DNA from: a virus
Lineage: Duplodnaviria; Caudoviricetes
DNA length: 64,000 nt
Reading direction: 5' to 3' (one strand)
IMG/VR virus record: IMGVR_UViG_3300010965_000005
Coordinates: 26,583-90,582 of that record
The notes beneath the pieces were generated by a model. That model saw only the letters and a list, made by a program, of their open reading frames with translations, ran no database searches and was not told the DNA's origin. Positions 59,006-64,000 of this stretch are shown here, piece by piece; within the stretch, counting starts at the first letter, position 1, and the number at the start of each line of letters is the position of its first letter. Position numbers and translations under genes: made by a program.

Positions 59006-59922
59006 TGGCAACCACAAATAAGGGACTGAACCTTCCATCGGTGGGGGCAACGGCATGAGATGTGCCGCTGAATGCAAATAGCGACATCTTGGATAAGGCA
59101 TTCGGATCATTCACCACGATTTCCTCAACCAGCGGTGTGACGAGCCTTACCCTTGATCAGGTGCAGAATATGTGCATCAAGTCCACCACCAGCGCGTTCC
59201 TTGCAAATGTCACATACCGCATACCCAGCGGTATCGCGGGCCAGTGGGTGGTCCAAAACCAGTCTGGCAGCAGCGCATTCACCCTTACCGTCAACAATGC
59301 GGCTGGTGGCACGTCCGTGACAATACCAATCGGCACAGTCCGATCAATCTACTCGGACGGCACGAATGTGGTTTATGCCGATACGCCATCCAGTGGCGAG
59401 TTTGTGAATGCGACTGTCAGCGGAACCCTAACGGTTGGGGGCGTACTTGCTCTAAGTGGCAGCGATCTTGATGGTGTCGCCACTCAGCTTGAGGCGTTGG
59501 ATGGGTCTGATAACACGCTTGTGATGACGCCACTAAGGACGAAGCAGGCTGTTGGAGTATCGAACAGCCCATTCGTGAAGACTGCCATAAATGCCTCTGG
59601 GGATGCGCCAATATTCGCGTGTCGCGCATGGGTTAATTTTGATGGAACCGTAAACCCACCCACAATCCGCTCCAGCGGTAACGTATCCAGCGTGACAAGG
59701 TCGTCAACGGGTCTTTACGTTGTAAACTTTTCCACCGCCCTTCCAAATTCAAATTATGCGGTGGTCTACGGCGGGAACCAGTCTGTGAATGGCGCTGACA
59801 CGACGCGGGCAGTCATATCGTCAATGTCGTCCACGACCACCAGCCATACGCTGCAAACAGGTTCTGGCGCGTCATCTGGTCGCTTCAACTTTGCCTTGGT
59901 TTCGGTTGCAATATTCGGTTAA
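59005..59922 (+). pseudogene. Tail fibre-like protein with in-frame TGA at codon 18 (track starts at GTG 59062)
   Basis: TGATG coupling at 59003-59007; MATTNKGLNLPSVGATA*DVPLN aligns with paralog MTTNKGLNKPLAGSTGWNTPLN; C-terminal CRAWVNFDGT fibre domain. Confidence 0.7.
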
Positions 59923-59947
59923 GCCTGAAAAATCCCAATGAGGTAGA

Positions 59948-61021
59948 TTGATGACTACAAATAAAGGACTGAATAAGCCGCTTGCGGGTTCGACGGGGTG
60001 GAATACTCCCTTGAATGATAACGCCGACATCCTTGATCGGGCGCTGGGTGATTACGCCCTTGTCTCTGGGACCAGCGGGACCATATCCCTTTCCACCACT
60101 CAAGTGCAAAGCCTGTGCTTGAAATCCGACACAAGCGTATTTCTCACTGACGTGACGTTTGAAATACCATCAACCGTGGCGGGCCAGTGGATCGTGCAAA
60201 ACCAGAGCGCGACCAGCAATTACAACTTGATCGTCAAGAATGCCGCCAGCGGCACAAGCGTATCAATTGCAAGTGGCCAGACGCGCCTTGTATATTCCGA
60301 CGGAACGAAGGTGTTTTTCTCCAACGATCAGTCGGTATTTGCCTTGCAAACCCTGCAAGTCGGCAACGGCTTCACCACGTCTGGGGCGTCATGCTCTGGC
60401 ACCAATGCGACAATCACTTTCTCTGGTGGATACCTGATCGCCGTTGGTCAAGTCATCAGCGTCACGGGCGTCACGCCTGCGGGATACAATGGCGTTTGGA
60501 CGGTGACGGCATCTTCTGGCGGCTCGGTGACCTTCGTCGTCCCATCCACCCTCACAACGCAGACAGTTGCTGGCTCCATTTATTATGGCGCGATTCTGGG
60601 ATCAAACTTGAACCTGTCTGGACGGGGCGCTGTGTCTGGCGTGGCAACCCAGTCGGAGGCAACCACGGGGACTAACAACACCACCCTGATGACACCGCTT
60701 CGGACATTTGAGTCAATTGGGGCTGGCGTTACCACCGCACTGGTCCAGTCCAAGATCGCTGGCGGAACCCTTGATGCCGTGGGGACATATGCGTTTTTGG
60801 GTGCGGACGTCACCCCCATAAACCTGAACTTGGGAACCAATGTCGCTGGCAGCAGCCTGAAATACGCATCGCTCAGATTGGAGTATTACAGCGGCGGGAC
60901 GAGCGCAGCGCAGCTTAACTTCAACGCATCCTCGCCAACTGGAACTTGGAAGTTGATGGGGGAAACCTTCACCACAGCCAGAAACAATTTCACAAGCCTA
61001 TTCTTGAAGGTAGCAGGATAA
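59948..61021 (+). CDS. Tail fibre-like protein, paralog of the preceding gene
   Basis: Shared about 125-aa N-terminal domain and VATQ.EA..G..NT..MTPLRT motif; different C-terminus (GTWKLMG). Confidence 0.75.
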   Translation: MMTTNKGLNKPLAGSTGWNTPLNDNADILDRALGDYALVSGTSGTISLSTTQVQSLCLKSDTSVFLTDVTFEIPSTVAGQWIVQNQSATSNYNLIVKNAASGTSVSIASGQTRLVYSDGTKVFFSNDQSVFALQTLQVGNGFTTSGASCSGTNATITFSGGYLIAVGQVISVTGVTPAGYNGVWTVTASSGGSVTFVVPSTLTTQTVAGSIYYGAILGSNLNLSGRGAVSGVATQSEATTGTNNTTLMTPLRTFESIGAGVTTALVQSKIAGGTLDAVGTYAFLGADVTPINLNLGTNVAGSSLKYASLRLEYYSGGTSAAQLNFNASSPTGTWKLMGETFTTARNNFTSLFLKVAG

Positions 61022-61419
61022 TGGAATATCGCAACGCAAAGCACATAGGCCAGAACCGCATCGACTGCGAGATCAATCACCCAGACCTTGGGTGGATTCC
61101 ATTTACCTGCGATGCTGCAAAAGCTGGCGAGCAGTTTGACAACAAAGAGCTATACGCTCGCCTTGAGGCAGACCCAGACACCGCCCCATACGTCCCGCCG
61201 ACGCAGGAAGAACTGGATGCGATGACGGCGAAGCAGGTACGCAGTCAGCGCAATTTCATCCTAGCAACCGAAGTTGACCCTATGGTAAGCAACCCGCTCC
61301 GCTGGAATGCACTGAGCGCAGATCAGCAGCAGGCGTGGGCAGACTACCGCATCGCCCTTCTGGACGTCCCGCAGCAGGCTGGGTTCCCCAATGACGTGGT
61401 TTGGCCTACTGCCCCGTGA
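61021..61419 (+). CDS. Tail fibre assembly chaperone
   Basis: IDCEINHPDLGWIPFT...RSQRNFIL...WADYRIALLDVPQQAGFPNDVVWP. Confidence 0.8.
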   Translation: MEYRNAKHIGQNRIDCEINHPDLGWIPFTCDAAKAGEQFDNKELYARLEADPDTAPYVPPTQEELDAMTAKQVRSQRNFILATEVDPMVSNPLRWNALSADQQQAWADYRIALLDVPQQAGFPNDVVWPTAP

Positions 61420-61708
61420 CGATGAATAGCCCCCCTCTGGGGGCCAGGGTGCAGTCCATTGCGCCGTATGGGATTTCATCAACCACCGCGATGGGAAAGT
61501 TGATCCTGACTGTCGCGGCGTCACGGCTGGTCTTGTATACTGACGTCTTTCCCTCGGCATGAAAGTCAAATGCCAAGACTTTCTTGGAATTCATCAAAAT
61601 ATCTACTCGATCACTGTCTGGAACCATCCCCTTGGGAATGATGATATACGCGATCCGTGGATGCTTCGCGCTGCGTGTGATGGTCGCCACCGTCTTTTTC
61701 TTGGTCAT
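61406..61708 (-). CDS. Hypothetical protein (AbrB-like swapped-hairpin character)
   Basis: Two IIIP/INFP beta segments; operon position. Confidence 0.45.
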   Translation of the reverse strand: MTKKKTVATITRSAKHPRIAYIIIPKGMVPDSDRVDILMNSKKVLAFDFHAEGKTSVYKTSRDAATVRINFPIAVVDEIPYGAMDCTLAPRGGLFIVTGQ

Positions 61709-61935
61709 CAGTCCGATACCTTGACCTTGCCGATGTGCATGGTGTTCAAGACGATCTCGCCAACGCTGTAAAACCCGCCACTCTGGTTCTTGTAGAACTC
61801 TTCGACCACAATGAAATCAACGTCATTCAGGGTTTCGTGAAATTCTTTTAGGGACACGGCGTGATGCTCACCGATGATTTGGTGAATGGAGTTGCCGCTG
61901 CGCGATGGCATGTTCATGGTAATGTAAAATCTCAT
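61708..61935 (-). CDS. Conserved hypothetical phage protein
   Basis: MRFYITMNMPSRSGNSIHQII; coupled overlaps. Confidence 0.6.
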   Translation of the reverse strand: MRFYITMNMPSRSGNSIHQIIGEHHAVSLKEFHETLNDVDFIVVEEFYKNQSGGFYSVGEIVLNTMHIGKVKVSD

Positions 61936-62219
61936 TTCGGATTCCTCTGTTTGTGAATCCGCCACACTTCATCTTCAACGTGGGGCCGGATGGATTCGGG
62001 CAGCTTTTTCAGGGCTGCCTGCCTCGTAATTTTGTCTTTCATCTTCAGGATGGAAACTGCCGCATCATAGATATGTTTGCTGCACACAGACTGGATCGCC
62101 GCATCCTCGTCTTCCAGCCTCACAGCGCCCGTCAGGACGCGCCTGACACGTTCACTGGGCTTTAGCATCAGACCACTCCAGAAACGCCTCCCACGCAGCG
62201 TCAGCCCCCAATGCGACAC
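61932..62219 (-). CDS. Hypothetical protein (start uncertain)
   Basis: IQSVCSKHIYDAA...LKKLPESIRPHVEDEV; overlap with the downstream gene. Confidence 0.5.
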   Translation of the reverse strand: MSHWGLTLRGRRFWSGLMLKPSERVRRVLTGAVRLEDEDAAIQSVCSKHIYDAAVSILKMKDKITRQAALKKLPESIRPHVEDEVWRIHKQRNPK

Positions 62220-62559
62220 ACACGAAGCAACCAGCCGCCTGCGCCGCGCTCATATAGTCTATTTGCGGCTTGTGCAACGACGACAGGGTGTGGTTCCTGC
62301 GCTTCAGTTCGCACACAAAGCTGGGGCTTGATGGGATGATGATGTCAGTGGCCCCCGTCACCATGCCCTCGGCCTTCTCCTTGGCGGCTTGCAGGTGGGT
62401 CCGCTTCCCCTCATTGCGTGGGTGGAGCGCAATCTTGCCATACTGCGGATATTGCTTCCGAAGGCGGGCAAAGAAAGTCACCTGCTCGGCAGCCTCGGAG
62501 GCGCATGGCCCCCGAAACTCCATGTCGCCAAAAATCCTAATGTCCGCTGGAACTTTCAT
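62152..62559 (-). CDS. VRR-NUC (PD-(D/E)xK) nuclease
   Basis: HPRNEG...EGMVTGATDIII...FVCELKR...QIDYM. Confidence 0.82.
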   Translation of the reverse strand: MKVPADIRIFGDMEFRGPCASEAAEQVTFFARLRKQYPQYGKIALHPRNEGKRTHLQAAKEKAEGMVTGATDIIIPSSPSFVCELKRRNHTLSSLHKPQIDYMSAAQAAGCFVCVALGADAAWEAFLEWSDAKAQ

Positions 62560-64000
62560 CTGGAACCTCATTGTAAGCCAAGATGCTGTAGAAGCCACTG
62601 TCAGCATCTTTTATGTATGTAATCGTAAGCGGTATACTGCCCTTGAGTTCGTTAAAGAGGGACTTTTGGACCCTAGCCTTGTGGAACGTCGGCTCTTTCA
62701 GCACCCAGAACGAGAATGACCTATATGGGGTCACAACGTCAACCCTGCGCGTGGCCTTTCCAGAGTGGGAAATGTGGTCACGCTCTCTCCACTCAACGAC
62801 CTTGTCCGTCTGGCGTCGGGTGGGGTCTTTCTTCAAATTCTTGAAGTCGATTGCCAGCTTCTGGTTCGGGTCAACGATCTCGGCCTTGCATCCCTCGCAA
62901 TATCTGGCCGCGATGTCATTTTCTGTGTCGCACAGGCCGCACTTTTTGAATGTCCATCGGTGGCGGCACTGGACCTCATTTCCCGCCAGATTGACTGTTG
63001 ATCGGCAGCGGCGACCGTAATGCGCGGGCATCGGCCCCCACTCTGTTTCGATTGGGTTCCCGTCAAGGTCCAAGAAATGTCCGAAGCGATCTATTTTGAA
63101 GCCTTCGTTATTCGGCCTTCCTGAAAATAGATTGTCCGCGCCGCACAGGGGGCATTCCGCCTTGATCTCTGACTTCTCGCCCCCAACGACCGAGACGGAG
63201 ATTTCAGGGCTGAATATGTCGCCATCTGGGCAGTGGCGCTCGATGTTTTCGGCATAATCCATGATCAGGCAGTCTATCTTGCCATCCGCCACCCGCAGGC
63301 CACGGCCAATCATCTGCTGAAGCAGGCCGACGCTCTCAGTGGCCCGAAGTAGGGCCACGACATCAACGTGCGGCGCGTCAAACCCCGTGGTGAGGACTGA
63401 CACGTTGACTAGATACTTGACCTGGTGCGCCTTGAAGCGGCGCAGGATGCTGTCCCGCTCTGCCTTTGGCGTCTCACCCGTCACCAAGGCCGACAGGATG
63501 GGCGGAAGGCTCGCCATGACCTCTTCGGCGTGTTGGATGGTGGCGGCGAAGATCATCACGCCACGCCGATCAGATGACCGACGCACGATGTCCGCCACGA
63601 TCAGGGACGTCTTTCTGCCGTGACCGTGGTATGCCATATCAACGTCGGCGCTGTTGAAGTTGCCAGTCCTGTTGATTTGCATTTTCAGCGTCTCATAGCC
63701 GTCAGCGCCAGTCTCGGAGATCACGGGCTTGGTCAGGAAACCTTCATCAATCAACTCGCCCGCCCTGATCCTGTGGACACAGGCCGCGAAATACGGATTC
63801 TTGGTCTGCCATTCCGCCACAGGTGACCCATCGGGCCACTTGTTGAAGATGTACCCCGTGTTCATGCGGTATGGGGTGGCCGACAGTCCGATCACGCGCA
63901 GGTTCTCATTGGCGTCCCGCATGGCATCTATGATAACCTTGATGGTGGGTGTCAGGCCGTGACATTCATCAATTATCACGGCGGCAAAGTTCTTCCCGAA
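62537..64000 (-). CDS. SF2 (DExH) helicase with C-terminal zinc fingers, 5' truncated by the window
   Basis: IIDECH (II), GLSATP (III), MIFAAT (IV), VLTTGFDAP (V), QMIGRGLR (VI); CPLC, CGLC, CEGC. Confidence 0.92.
   Translation of the reverse strand, partial: FGKNFAAVIIDECHGLTPTIKVIIDAMRDANENLRVIGLSATPYRMNTGYIFNKWPDGSPVAEWQTKNPYFAACVHRIRAGELIDEGFLTKPVISETGADGYETLKMQINRTGNFNSADVDMAYHGHGRKTSLIVADIVRRSSDRRGVMIFAATIQHAEEVMASLPPILSALVTGETPKAERDSILRRFKAHQVKYLVNVSVLTTGFDAPHVDVVALLRATESVGLLQQMIGRGLRVADGKIDCLIMDYAENIERHCPDGDIFSPEISVSVVGGEKSEIKAECPLCGADNLFSGRPNNEGFKIDRFGHFLDLDGNPIETEWGPMPAHYGRRCRSTVNLAGNEVQCRHRWTFKKCGLCDTENDIAARYCEGCKAEIVDPNQKLAIDFKNLKKDPTRRQTDKVVEWRERDHISHSGKATRRVDVVTPYRSFSFWVLKEPTFHKARVQKSLFNELKGSIPLTITYIKDADSGFYSILAYNEVPDESSSGH

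Noticed and set aside
59056-59058. Genome-wide TGA-to-Trp recoding
   Set aside because: TGA is used as a real stop in many ATGA/TGATG coupled junctions, and other genes use TGG for Trp; only one in-frame TGA was found.

Overview
Genome segment of a tailed dsDNA phage with a podovirus-like architecture: portal, major capsid, head-tail adaptor, nozzle, ejection proteins, and no tape-measure gene. The host is probably alphaproteobacterial (inference). Positions 1-37418 form one giant palindrome centred at 18709/18710 inside a (TA)n tract: ORFs on the left arm mirror those on the right at coordinate 37419-x. The unique content is therefore about 18710-64000, and the left arm is either a fold-back artefact or the signature of a hairpin end. 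Gene order on the + strand: HTH regulator, terS, terL, about 5.8 kb of small accessory genes (dCTP deaminase with an endonuclease VII-type homing endonuclease, RyR-domain and Lar-like proteins, a lipoprotein), portal, large modular head-region proteins, GroES-like protein, scaffold, major capsid, adaptor and fibre genes, lysis cassette, tail hub, GNAT-like protein, ejection proteins and two paralogous fibre genes. Replication genes (VRR-NUC, SF2 helicase) converge from the - strand. The main candidate new system is a set of virion-region proteins built from domains delimited by a recurrent [R/K/Y/F]-x-x-G-G motif, plus a shared (V/I)-x-(K/R)-A-L-x-L-T helix. This suggests polyproteins that are packaged and cut into effectors (three ADP-ribosyltransferase-like domains, a ParB-like domain, an M15 peptidase, a lytic transglycosylase). 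One ejection protein also carries two internal S74 autocleavage domains. Three single-base lesions were found that the ORF track misses. No tRNA, rRNA, CRISPR array, integrase, reverse transcriptase or protelomerase was recognised. All family assignments come from motif recognition by eye, not from database searches.
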